From NCBI GenBank assembly GCA_965112155.1, contig OZ218102.1: DNA of 64,000 bases. One strand, 5' to 3'. The DNA comes from Podarcis liolepis. Its lineage: Eukaryota. Shown here piece after piece: positions 51,890 to 64,000 of the stretch (its first letter is position 1; every line of letters begins with the position of its first letter). The position numbers and the translations under genes are program-made. The notes under the pieces were generated by a model that saw only the letters and a list, made by a program, of their open reading frames with translations, had not been told where the DNA came from and made no database searches.

Positions 51890-53400
51890 AGGAATAATCT
51901 CTATCCACTGCCTTGCAGGACATCTTCAGGAGAGGCCAAGGAGTAAACCCGACACAAATCTGGAGCGGAGTCCCTAAGACTGTTGGTTGGCACCTTGTAT
52001 GCCTCCTTCCAACAACTCCTTCAGCCAAGCTGGTGCCAAATGTACTGTTTTGCTTTCCTTTGTGGGGGTCTTGTCATCTGAGCAGCCCAGGATTCTCCTA
52101 GCTTGCACACTGAAGAGGTCACTTTGGTGCTGCCAGTACAGCAAAAACAACACAGGAAGCAGCACTCACAAGTTATAAGCTCAACCTGACTAGCATAAGA
52201 TACAAGTGCTACAGGTTGCCTTCTTTAGTGGGAGAGATTGATGTTTCTCACTGGTCGGCTACTATCCCGTGTTAAGCAAATACTGTCCACCTGCTTCAAT
52301 GGGTGCTTGGAGCTCAGAGTATCACTCAACAAGCATACTGAACCACCGTTCCAGGCAACAAAGAAAAGAAACAAACCCTATTGTGCCTAGCAAGCTGGAA
52401 TGTCAGGACCATGTGTCCTGGCTTGCCCACTGGCTTGTTTCAGGTCAATAACTCATGGAAGACAGTTATCACTGACCATGAGCTAAAAATGCTCAACACT
52501 GACATTGCCACTTACAGGAGGCCACACTCAGTTTGAACGCAGCCTCCGAGAGAAGAACTACACCACTGATGGGCAAGAAGGTCACCCAGAAGAACCACAT
52601 ATTCATAGCATAGGTTTCACGGTGAGGCACTTCTGTCTGCAACAGAACTGCCAACCAAGGGCTCAGAATGCTTATTTCTCAACCACCTTCGGTCAGGTTA
52701 GCATCTTGAGTGCTTACGCTCCCTCTATGTGCTTGAATACATAGATCATGGACCAGTTCTATGAGGAACTAGACCAGATTGTCAGGAGGGTCCCAGCCCA
52801 TGAACACCTATTCCTGCTGGGAGATTTCAGTGCCAGAGTTGGGGGTGATCATCACACATAAGACAACTGCATAGGCCAGTTTGGTATTGGCAGCATGAAC
52901 AAAGGCGGATAAAGGCTGCTTGAGCTATGTTCAGACCACAGCCTGAACATGTTCTTCTCTGCAAATGCAAAATGGTAAGTGTCCTGGAGACATCAAAGGC
53001 CATTGGCAGCAGAGGGACTTGTTTGTCACCAGGTGATTGGCACTCAACTGTCTTTGTTGCACAGGGAGCAACTACAGTGCCAACTGTGGTATGGATCCTC
53101 GGCTGGTGGTGAGCAAGTTTTCCTTCTCCAGTCAAAGAGGACCCATAGCAAAAAGGAGAAAGTGTGGCCTTGAATCAACCCTGCCAGAACAGTCTCACCT
53201 GAACTTTGTAAATGCTTCTCTGATTCTGTCAAAGAAGCAATACTGAACTACTCTATACACAGCATCAAAGTAAGGTGGAACCACATCGAAGAGGCAGCCT
53301 ACAACAAAGCTTTGTCCTCTTATGGCAAAAGAGAGCAGCAGATCCCTGGCTGGTTTGAGGTCAGCATTAACACAGTGTGCAAAATAGCTTCTACTGAAAT
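51890..53400 (+). mobile_element. RTE-clade LINE 5' portion, decayed AP-endonuclease region
   Basis: Manual translation gives LASWNVRTM (52387), ILSAYAP, DQFYEELDQIVRRVPAHEHLFLLGDFSARVG (52751), RLLELC and VSWRH, with stops and frameshifts. Outer limits approximate. Confidence 0.82.
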
Positions 53401-55032
53401 ACTGCTTCTTAGTAACTGTCTTGTGAAATGTGCAACAGTTAAAATGGCAATTGTTCACATTGTGGCACCAATCATAAATATGCATTAAAGCTCAACTTAG
53501 CAGGAAATGTGCGGGAAAGGGAGAGGCATGTTTCTGTTACACCAGGGAACAGCAGCACCCACAGATATACAATACGAAATTTATTTACTCCTATGACATG
53601 TAACAACTTGGAAATAGAACAGCTGGCACCTCAAATTAGAACATTTTAAAATTAAGTCTTAACGAGTAGAAATAAAAATCAACAAATTGACTTTTTTATA
53701 CAGTACTCCTCTGGTGAGACATACTGTAAATCAGCTATATAACAAGAGGCAATAAAAACAGATTTATTTACTACTACACTCGCTGCTACCAGGAATCAGG
53801 CACAATATGAAAATTAATCTCTTATTCCAGACACACATTAGACATCTCACAAGCATGCATGCAGAAGAATAACTGCAGAAAGCAGTATGCTAACACAGGC
53901 CTCCTATACAGGCAAGTTGCACTGGAAGTTAGAAGGATAAAAGCCAACTTCTTTTCTTGGAGCCACACAGGGTAGCCCTATTTCTCTCAAACCAATTGTT
54001 TTTTTCACAGAAACCACAAATTACTTATTTACCTTCACTTCTCCCCACAGAATTATACGGCTGAAAGAGGCTGAAGATCACAGAGTCCAACCTTTCTCCC
54101 AATGCAGGATCTTCCACGGATCAGCTCCTTCCCCCACAGTGAACCCACATAATCCAACACAGAATAATGCATTTCCTGTAGCCTATTACTTCACCCCATA
54201 TTTCTGGCAAGGATCCTGGCATGTAAATACTGAAGGTATATTGTCACGACCTCATTCTTCTTAACTTGGAATTCAAGCAGAGCTGGGTTTTGTACTATTG
54301 TAGCTACTAGATTGTATCCATATCCCAGCTGCTGATGCATTCATGTGAAAATGTAACCACATATGGAAATAAATCTGTCCTGGGATCCGTTTTGTGTCAC
54401 ACATTAGTGGTGGTCAGACAGAGGACTCGAAGTCTCCAACTCCACCTCTGTCATACAAATGTATCTCTGGCTGTCATCAGCATTAAGAGTTAATATCTTC
54501 CATCTGTGCCCTAAATTATGAGTAGGATAATTTGTCTTAAGGGTTGTGTTTTCACATCCTTTCCTTTGGGTTAATGATACTTACAGTAAATGGCTTAGCT
54601 GGTGGGGTTTTGTTTCATTTTTTGTTCTGTTTTGCCTCAGTACGTTCACTTTGCTGATTTTTTTTCTTTTTTCTTTCTGAAGTATGTTGAAAAATGATTG
54701 TTCTGAATGAGGCTTCCCTTTGTATGTGCTATAAAGAGTACCTAGCTCATGTGCTGATCCGAAGACTGAGGATTAACAGTGCTGAGACATTTCCATGCCA
54801 ACAGAAAGGGATACTGCCATAAGGGATAGTGCCGTATCATTTCAAGACAATTCCAGAACATTGTCCACCAGGCCCACAGAGCATGAGAGGCAATGGATCC
54901 ACTGAGGTATCATGACACACCGATGCAACTCTGAATACTCACTCTAAATCGTTATAAGCTACCTTCACAGAACACATTACCCATGTGAGTTTTGGGGCCT
55001 ATGTGTTTTCAGTAGAAAATGTTGTTACTTAC

Positions 55033-55188
55033 TGGTACAAGGAACCTCTGATGGATCAAAGTCAGCCCGGTAGTAACCATTGCGACAAGTGCAGATGTGG
55101 GCAGCCTCTGATGTGGAGCGGCTGTTAGAGGGGCACTGTGTGCAGGTCCCGGCACCCTGGTTTGCTTTGAACATCCCTGCTGTGCAAG
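55033..55188 (-). CDS. EPHB1: EPHB1 exon ~4 (156 nt), Cys-rich/EGF-like region ACTAGMFKANQGAGTCTQCPSNSRSTSEAAHICTCRNGYYRADFDPSEVPCT
   Basis: Acceptor tttattccag|CT, donor ACCA|gtaagt, Eph-type cysteine spacing. Confidence 0.95.
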
Positions 55189-55783
55189 CTGGAATAAACA
55201 AGGGCAGAGAAAGAAACAAGAAGGTGTCAAATTCTCATCAAAATACATGTCTCAGACAGGAACTGAATTAATCTAATTTTGTTGCAGTTCCCAAGACATT
55301 TTCCAAAATGTGACATGAACATCATCAATAGAAACAAAGAATTTAACATCCTTGTACAGAAGGGTCCTGGTTTGACAAATGTCCTGAGAACTTTTTCTAT
55401 TGGGTGGGGTGTAAATATATATCTATTAAACAAAAGCCAAGGTCTAGAAAGCCAGAGAACATCTAAGGATGAATGATTATTTTTTGCAGAGTTTGTGGGG
55501 TTCCTTTAAAGATAAAGGCTACCAAGCTGCAGAGCTCTTTGGAATAAGTGGCAATGTAAGATGGCTGTGCAAGTGAGTACAGCCCTGCTGCAATTCACCA
55601 GTGGTCTGAATTAGCTCACGGCAGCACAAGATGACAAACTACCCCTGCCTGCTCGGGATTTAGGGCACTGCAGGCAGCTCCCCCACACAGAAGAGAGATG
55701 GATAAAAAGCCACATATTAGTCTGCTGTCTACTGCGGAGTGACTCTGATTCTCTTTAATGTTAAAGGGCCTCTTTCTGTAATA

Positions 55784-56034
55784 CAGTGGTACCCTGGCTC
55801 TCAAACTTAATCCATTCTGGGAGTCCGTTCGACTCCTGAAACCATTCAGAACCCAAGGCGCTGCTTCCAGTTGGCTGCAGGAAGTTCCTGCACTCAAGCA
55901 GAAGCCATAGAAGCCGCGTTGGACATTTAGCTTCCGAAAAAGATTTGCAAACTGGAACACTCACTTCTGGGTTTGCAGTGTTCGGGAGCTGATTTGTTCA
56001 GGAGCCAAGCCGTTCAACTACCTAAATACCACTG
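55784..56034. mobile_element. Tc1/mariner-superfamily MITE, second family, 251 bp
   Basis: TA-CAGTGGTA ... TACCACTG-TA with a different interior from the 20901 family. Confidence 0.8.
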
Positions 56035-56505
56035 TAATGTGCCATTGAAAATAATTTGGGCAGGGATGGCCTTCTTAGTACTCTTCCAAACTTATAATAT
56101 TGAAACGAGTTATCTGATCAGCTTATTGGTACAAACTGTAATTCTTTAAGTATTGCTCCAGCACAACTCCCATTTATTTTTATTACTGAAGTATTCTGCA
56201 AACTACATAACTTGTTTTAAAAGAGATCCAATTAATAAGGGTTTGCAGAATTGTTCTTCAAAGGGGGGGAAATCTAAATCATGATTCATTATTCCTGTTC
56301 TGATGTCTTACATGAGCCATCATTCACGATGCCCTCTGATAAATCGGGGCGCGGGGGATAAAAAAATGGGAAAAAATTAAAAGTAATCTATGTCTCTTTG
56401 TTACATCTTTCTTTAAATTTTAGGCTGCAAAACTATGCACATTTACCTGGGAATAAGCCACAGGGAATAAGTCACAGGGCTTATTTCTGAGTAGACATGC
56501 ATAGG

Positions 56506-56869
56506 TAAAGGTAAAGGTACCCCTGCCCGTACGAGCCAGTCGTGTCCGACTCTAGGGTTGTGTGCCCATCTCACTTAAGAGGCTGGGGGCCAGCGCTGTC
56601 CGGAGACACTTCCGGGTCACGTGGCCAGCGTGATGAAGCTGCTCTGGCGAGCCAGCACCAGCGCAGCACACGGAAACGCCGTTTACCTTCCCGCTATAAA
56701 GCGGTACCTATTTATTTACTTGCACTTAGGGGTGCTTTCGAACTGCTAGGTGGGCAGGAACTGGGACCGAAAGACAGGAGCTCACCCCACCATGGGGATT
56801 CGAACTGCCGACCATACAATCGGCAAGTCCTAGGCACTGAGGTTTTACCCACAGCACCACCCGTGTCCC
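56506..56869 (-). mobile_element. Sauria SINE, full length, nested in a small palindromic repeat (~56424-56890)
   Basis: 14-bp duplication tagacatgcatagg at 56492-56505 and 56873-56886. Same subfamily as 4137-4487 (aggtacccctgcccgtac). Confidence 0.92.
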
Positions 56870-58649
56870 AGTTAGACATGCATAGGATCTCACTATTAAA
56901 TGTCTTGAATTCAGGCTGCCATACCTATGCAAGATTGTTGCTACCAGCCCTAAGCCATCACAACAAGAGGATATGTAATACATGGAAATATATATTTAAA
57001 TAGCACACTGCATCAGAGTTTCATCCTATGACATTTGGTCAGTTCTGCAAAGTATTATCAGCCATCACAATTCCAGTAGCCTGGCATATCAACTGATATT
57101 CGCAGACGAGTCCTTGACCACACTATAAACACCATTGCTCTTTTCAGTCTAATTGGCAGCTTTGGCACAGAAGATTTTTGCAGGCAAAAATTTAACAAAG
57201 CCACTGGGATTTAATGTTCAGAAAAGTTTGTTTCTAACACTAAGATGCTAATGTACAATGATACAGAGTGAGCAGAGGCCGCCAGGATATTTGTCTTAAT
57301 GAGACGGGTGAGCTAAAATGGGCTGTTGACATGAGTCCAGTGTGAAATATTTGCATAATAGCTAGCTGTTGATGCAGCAGGATAAGGGTGGGAAGTTTAG
57401 AAGTTGAAATAAATTTATAAAGCAAAAACAAAGTTAAGAAGCATTAGCTTGACATGGAATTGTCTCATCTAATCATAATGATGGATGATGCACCATTAAG
57501 GACAGAAAATCACTCTCACTTACACAATTCTCTCCACTCCGATTGGTTGTGGGTGTCTGATTTGCATAATCACTGAATGGTAATATGCCTTTTCAGGCAA
57601 AATATCCAAGCCGTGTGACAGCAACTAAGATTACGAGATTTCCCATCCCCTTGTCATGACAGGTAGGTACAGACTCAGGAATGGAGTGGTGGGGAGGGGA
57701 GAGAAAGGAAGCAAGAGACTGTCTGGAGGAATGCTGCTCAAATTCAGCCTACAGCTTTTCAAAGAACTCACTTGAGATTGCTTTTTAATACTTGTTCATA
57801 CTTCATTTACAATGCCTGCACACTCACAACAACAACAATCTGAAGGGTCTTTTGATTATCTCCCTCAAACTATACCCAGTGCTAATGTGTTTCTAGGCCA
57901 TCACCTCAGAGCTTATTCAACCAGAAGCTAGCAATTAATTCATAAATAGGAAGCCCTCTCCAACTAGAGCAATAATAATGTTTTTATCCTTGCTGGTGTG
58001 ATGATTCATTAATCAACTGGCTCTCCGTGACTTGTGATCCTGTATGCAAAACATTAGTGGACTGACAGCCTGTTCGCTGCTCCGACATACACAGAAGATG
58101 TACAGCCCAAAGGTGAGTTAGTTCTAGTCTTCCATGAATCAGTTACTATGTGAATGAAAAATGGATGAAGGGTGCTCCAGGATAGATGCCAGGGTTATAT
58201 TTTTAACTACATGTGTAGCTCAGTAGAAGAGAAAATAAGGGGGATCACGCTGAGCTAGTAAGAAGAACAGAGAAAGAAATGCACTGAAGCATTATGCAAA
58301 CTGAAGGGGGAGTTTCTGTTTGCTTTAACAATGAACTTGGTGCTTTTAACAGAATGCAACTGAGAAAGAGGAAAAGGAAAACCAGTTATTATCAATAGGT
58401 TGTTCTTCAAATCCTTGCCAGCGGAACTCCAAGACGACCAATGGTTCAAGAGTGGCAACAGAAAGTCATACTAATTAAGACAGCCCTTAGGTCACAGAGG
58501 AAGAAATTATGCCTGGTGGCTTCAGCTGTTTCTTAACACACTTTTGACCTCTCGGTTATTGGATGAACAACAAATCATAGAAATGGTTGCAAATCCAGCA
58601 GCAGCAGCACACCGAAAGCATGGTCAATCAGAAATATGCAACTGGTTGC

Positions 58650-59214
58650 TCTCGTGGACTGGTTGGACACAGATGATTGGTGGGAGGAACCAAGGGATGA
58701 AGGCTCAGAGCCTGGTGTGTGGAGGTGGAACAATGATGAGTGATCACATGGAGAAGAGGGAGAAGTCTGGGAAGAGGAGATGTTGGAAGGTGAAGAGTTA
58801 ACAGGGCTTCGTGAGCTGGGAGAGTCTGTGGCAGACAGAAGTCCAGAATCAAGAGTCAGAAGGGGCCAAGAAGCAGAGATGAGTCAGGCTGGTGAAGAGT
58901 CACAGGTGTCTTCCCCTCTTCCTGTGTCAAGCTCCCCTCCCTGCTTGTCTCCCAGAACCAGAAGAGGGATTAAAGAGTGAAGGAGCAATTGGTGATGCAC
59001 AGAATCAGCCTCTGCTTGGGGAAACCCCCGGTGAGGAGGGGACTTTGGGAAGTTGTGGGAAGCCAGGGACCTTCAGTCTTAGCAGCTGCTTCATGGGGGC
59101 AAGGCCTATTGGAGATGAATTGCTGTGTTCATTACACCTGACACTCCTGTGCATAACATGTTTTAATAAAGAGTCATCTCCATAGTGTGATTTACTGCTG
59201 GTTCGCTCCTGACA
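58650..59214 (+). mobile_element. Solo LTR, 565 bp
   Basis: 5-bp duplication GTTGC at 58645-58649 and 59215-59219. Ends TCTCG (decayed TGTCA) and TGACA. AATAAA at 59165-59170. Confidence 0.75.
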
Positions 59215-60699
59215 GTTGCTTAGAGGACTTCAGAGAACAGTATCTCAACAATTAAGTATTCTTCATACCTTTTTTTCCTCCCACCTCTGCCCCTATCTAT
59301 CCCATCTAAACTTACTTTGCAAACCCAAATGCTACCCATCTTCCACTTCATGGGTGGGCACATGGAATCCCATATGTGCAACTGTGTGCATGTAGTCCAA
59401 TACTATGCAGAAGGATCTATAGAATGGGTGGGAATGATTCATCATTGGAAGTGCTCCCCCTCTTCCCCTCACCTCAATTCAGTTGCCCAGCTCTAGTTTT
59501 ACCCATGGAGCCAAGCATAAGGGGGGGAGGAGGAAGAAGACTGAGTAGGGGCAGCCCCCATTCCAGGGCAGGGGTTAGCAATGCATGATAACACTGGGTG
59601 GTCGTGCGCAAGTCATTATGTCTCAGACTCATCATAGACACTCACACATGTGAACATTATCAGCTGGGGAGAATAATATTTGCCTATACTAATGGAGGGG
59701 CTGGTTCAGAGGAAGGTGAAGGAGTTGCTCTAAGTAGGCAATGACTCTTGGGCTGGGAAGGTAGGGGAGACAGGAAAACAAACTAGAAACTGTATGTAGC
59801 ATAGTCTAGGCTTTTCTATGAAAAAAGTGAAAAGCAATCTATGTCTCACCACAAGAAATGAGCAGCAGAGAGGCTACAACAGAGATCCTCAAAGTGATTA
59901 GGCCTTGCAAGACTGGAGATCATGGTTAAATTCAAAGACATATGGGATTAGTTTCTGGAGTAACATATGGTGCCCTCCAGGTCATTAGAGTAATATTTCT
60001 TATGTGACTATATGCAGGGGTAAGGTGGTCATGATATAGATTATTTAGTATTCCACAATTTAATAGATTCATCCATCCATTCTTTTTAAAAAATCTTTTT
60101 TGTCCTTTCATTTCCCCTTTGTAGTATCTAATACGGCCTGAATGTTGGGGAGAAGGGTAGGTCAGCTAAAGAAGGTATCATGTTTCCTGCATCTGATTTT
60201 ATCATTATATTGATTAAAGTCATGGTAAAATCAGACGCAAGACACATGCACTGTGTATGTGTTATATTGTTTTCTGTTTACTATTTAAGATTGGACTTAA
60301 TACAACTAAAACTGTGGGTAAGCAGCAATGAAGGAGAGAAGAGGTCCCCACAGAATGGTCTATTTTAATGAAACGAAAAGCTCATTGATAAAATGTTAAC
60401 AACAACAAACATGAAAAGCAGACTTTGGAGAATTTTGAGCAAAGGAATGGCTGGAGGGAAGGGAAGGCATCTCACCCGCTTCCCACGGGCTGTTTTCCTA
60501 TTTAAAATCCCATTTTCCCCAGGGGCTTTGTTTGTTTCATGTACTGCAAGCAAAGCACAGACCCAAACTAAGCCACTTCATCTCCAAGTTGCCAGCTGAG
60601 TTCTCCCTCATTCCCACTCTTCAACTGCTACTGGAGGGTATGTCTATAGGCAGAAAGTGTGAGGCAGGAAGCTTACAGGAGGTAATCAATATGCTGGGT

Positions 60700-60843
60700 C
60701 AGGGAAGCCAACATGGTGGCCTCCAGGTGTTGATTGACTACAATTCCATCATCCTTAGCCAGTGACCATGCTGGATAGGGCTGATGGGCATTGGAGTCCA
60801 ACAACACTCGAGGGTGGCACAACATTGACTACCCTTAGGCTGG
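60700..60843. mobile_element. Palindromic hAT-type MITE, degenerate
   Basis: ctccaggtgttg...gactacaattccatca ... tgatgggcattggagtccaacaacac. Confidence 0.7.
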
Positions 60844-63800
60844 GTGCTGATAGCTAGGTATGGAGAATTTGTCCTAGAGGCCAAGGATTCACCTCTCTCT
60901 GCCCCAACACAGTATGGTGCACCGTGCAAAATTTGAGAACCTGAGAGTCCTTTATTCAACTGTAAAATAGGCATTATCCTCGCCCTATAATGTGTCTGGG
61001 AGAGGGAGCAGGGAGATGAGTCACTGATACAATTGCTTGCCTAAGACCACACCCTGTATGTCCATACCAGAGACCTGAACCAGAGGTTTCCCAGTGCATA
61101 GTTATGTTTTAAGTCGTTGTGTTTTGCCAGCTTGCTTCTTTTTCTTCATTTTACTTTTGTCCTGCTCAGCCCAAGAGTGGAGAAAGAGCATATACAGAGA
61201 GCCAGGAAATTATGGCAGGCTGACATTAAAGGAGTAGAACCTTGGAATGGTGACACTAACACCGAATTCCCTGGGGAATTCATTGCTAGCCCTGCACAAA
61301 TCAATCCCTCCTTAGAAAAGTGGGTGTTTTGTTGTGTGGATTTACTGGACCTAAAAAGGAAGCATAGGGATAGGGACCTTGGTGGGATCTGCACAAGGAC
61401 CCCAGCTGTCCATTGAAAAAGTATAGCCACAAACAGTTTTCCTCTTTGGTCAGCACATGTGAAGATGGAGAATTCTGAGGATGAACCACAGCAACTATGG
61501 ACCATGCATAGATGCAAAGGGAATGAGGACTGTTAGCAATGGAGGAGGGATTATATTCCCTGAAATAAGAACCATAGTTTATATGTGATGGGCTATTATT
61601 TGACAGCCTGAAGATTTTGACGATTAAAATTTCTAAAGTTATAAGGTCAGAGTAATCCTATTGGGTATTGGGCAATATTCCATGGTGGAGCTACTGCTGC
61701 TTGTAATGTTCTGCTAGATCCACAGCTAGCATAGTTGAGGCCTCCTTTGTGTGTGGTGGTGGTAATTTCAGGGTAAGAGGAGCACTGAATCCTGTCAATC
61801 TTTGGCCACCCCAAACAAACTCTTAAGCACTTCATTCCCACCACCAGCACCAGCATCAGCTGCTACTATAAAAAGAGATGAAATTAAAGGGGTGGTTATT
61901 TTTAAGATACATTTGGGCAGCGGGAATTTATCAGCAGGATTAAGTTATAGAAATACAATCATCCCACAGTACAAATATATAACTTTAAAAGATGTGAACA
62001 AAAATAATTCTAAATACAGTACATAAGAAAAATATGAAATCAATGCAAATAAAATGTTTGCATGTCATTGTTTAAAATCAAAAGAACGTCATGTTTCAAG
62101 ATGTTGTACTTAACACACAGTAAGAACACAAAAGGATGCTATCTAATGGAAAAAGTCGGAGCGGAACACACACACAAAAATGCAATTTGTTTTCTACAGC
62201 CCTCCCCTTGTGATTGTAAAAGCCATCAGAACTGCTTTTTCTAGCACCCCCCATTCCTTCACCCACATGGAATCCATCACCCCACAGTCACATTACTTCT
62301 TAAAGAAACATATTAAGTGTCTCATAAACAGTGCAGTGATTGAGATAATGGAAAGTGCCTCTTATCCCCTGTCTGCTGCATCAGGATATGAGACATCTCC
62401 TCACAGCCAAGGGGAGGAAATTAACAGGAGCAAGCTGGAGCAACCACTTTGATGCAATTTCCTTGGGAGATAGCGGTCCATCTAATCTTTATTGAAGTCC
62501 TTTAACCTCTAATTCAAAACACACACAGGTCTCTTGCTCTCCCAGTTCCTTCAGATAGCAAAAGGACACAAAATACCTGTCATGAGATGTGTACAAAAAA
62601 GAACCCCCAACGATGGGTGGATCCACTTGGTGCCCCTGAGCTCACAGAAGCGTGTTTCATTTAGTAGATAGAAGGAGATGAAAACTTTATTTTTTGCTGG
62701 TTCATCCGCCCCCTTGCAGCTCCCACTGGAGGGGGCCCCTACAAAATAGGGTGAAAGGGGGCATGGGGGACAATATCAGGCAGAAAGGGAAATTTGCAAA
62801 AATGCTCTTTCCTCCTCTTTTACTAGAGTAAGGCTAAGCCACTGTATCCATACCCACATAACTTACTGGACCAAAGAATCATTGCAACAATGTTGTTTAA
62901 AACAAGGCATTGGTGGGGGAGGCTCTAAAGTGGTTTACCAGCTTCTCACATACCTTATTTTAATGCATTCTTGCATTCTTAAATTTTTCATAGCAGGATA
63001 TTTAAGAACCAGCTACATCTTGCTAAAAAGTGTGGGAAGGGAAGAATTCCAGTGGGGTTGTTCCTCCACAAGAATGTTTGGGGTTGTATCTTTCTCTGTT
63101 ATTCTCTCTAGGCCTTTTCAATTGGAACAACCTTATGATGATGGGGAAGAGGGTCTCTCTAGTTGTGGCACTTGTCTGGAGCTGTGCCTGATGCCTTTTC
63201 AGTACCAGGTGAAGACATTTTAATTAGCTGGGGCTTTTTTCATCTCTGTGATTATTCTTAATCTCTCTTCTCATTTTGTAAATGCTGCTGCTTGTATTGC
63301 TTTAAATCCTTATTTGTTGTTTTACTTTCCTGCATTTTAAGGCTCCCTTGTGAACCACTCTCAGAGTCCCTTTTGGGACTGCAGAGTGATCTATCAAATA
63401 TCCTAAATAAAATATAAATAAATAGATAGATTTTGTCTATGACCTGCTCTCCCTCTCTTCTGTGTAGCCTTGCCATGAGATAATTGAAACAGACGGCAGA
63501 AAGCAGCTCAGATGGAACTTGTGGGTGTCAGAAAACATGTCCCAGATTGCTCTAACAAGGGGGAAATGGGCTAGATTTAGCAGCGTGTAGTCTCAGTATT
63601 TATACAGTGAGATAACAATCTTGGCTATTGGGTAAATGCATTTCTTCCAGGTTTCTGAAAACAGACCCATCCATTAGCCTTCCTTCACCTGAATACTATT
63701 TTGGCCACATGTGCCCTCAATATGCAGGTCATAAAAAGTGATCTAGATGCCCTTTTTGCTTGATTAGCCCAGAACCACTTTCATGATGAGAGACTGTTCA

Positions 63801-64000
63801 GGCACCTCCTTATCCAGGGATAAACAGTTTTCAAAGCTGAGCAGAAGGTTAAGGGGGAAAGCCATATAGAATGAAGAGTTATGATGACTGCTTGCATTCT
63901 GGTGTAGATCATATTCTTTTAAGGGGGGTGGGTTGGTCACACACCAAATCTATCTCTCGGCTATAGCTGTTTGTACTAAACAATGGGGGCATTACATATC

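Noticed and set aside
55189-64000. Search for the ligand-binding-domain exon or a separate gene
   Set aside because: None found. This is consistent with the very large intron typical of Eph genes at this position.

Overview
Vertebrate genomic DNA, most likely from a squamate (probably a lacertid lizard, judged from Sauria SINEs and the MITE families present). The whole window lies inside one minus-strand gene, the receptor tyrosine kinase EPHB1. Nine consecutive coding exons were assembled by hand (55188-55033, 43162-42827, 26042-25918, 22072-21910, 18585-18477, 17653-17589, 8122-8000, 5279-5032, 3750-3535). All have GT-AG boundaries and consistent phases, total 1541 nt, and correspond to roughly exons 4-12. 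They encode the Cys-rich/EGF-like region, two FN3 domains, the transmembrane helix, the juxtamembrane segment and the kinase domain up to the activation loop. The 65-nt exon at 17589-17653 is absent from the ORF track. The ligand-binding exons lie beyond the right edge and the remaining kinase/SAM exons beyond the left edge. Introns contain Sauria SINEs, Tc1/mariner-type and hAT-type MITEs, CR1, L2 and RTE fragments, a solo LTR, microsatellites and several motif-dense candidate enhancers. Nearly all other ORF-track entries are spurious. I found no evidence of an undescribed multi-gene system. The best leads are an in-frame alternative 5' splice site adding a 19-aa Cys-containing insert to the second FN3 domain, inverted transposon pairs that could fold the pre-mRNA (one pair brackets an exon), a NAGNAG acceptor in the juxtamembrane region, a young hAT element with subterminal tandem repeats, and a CRE/AP-1/E-box cluster.
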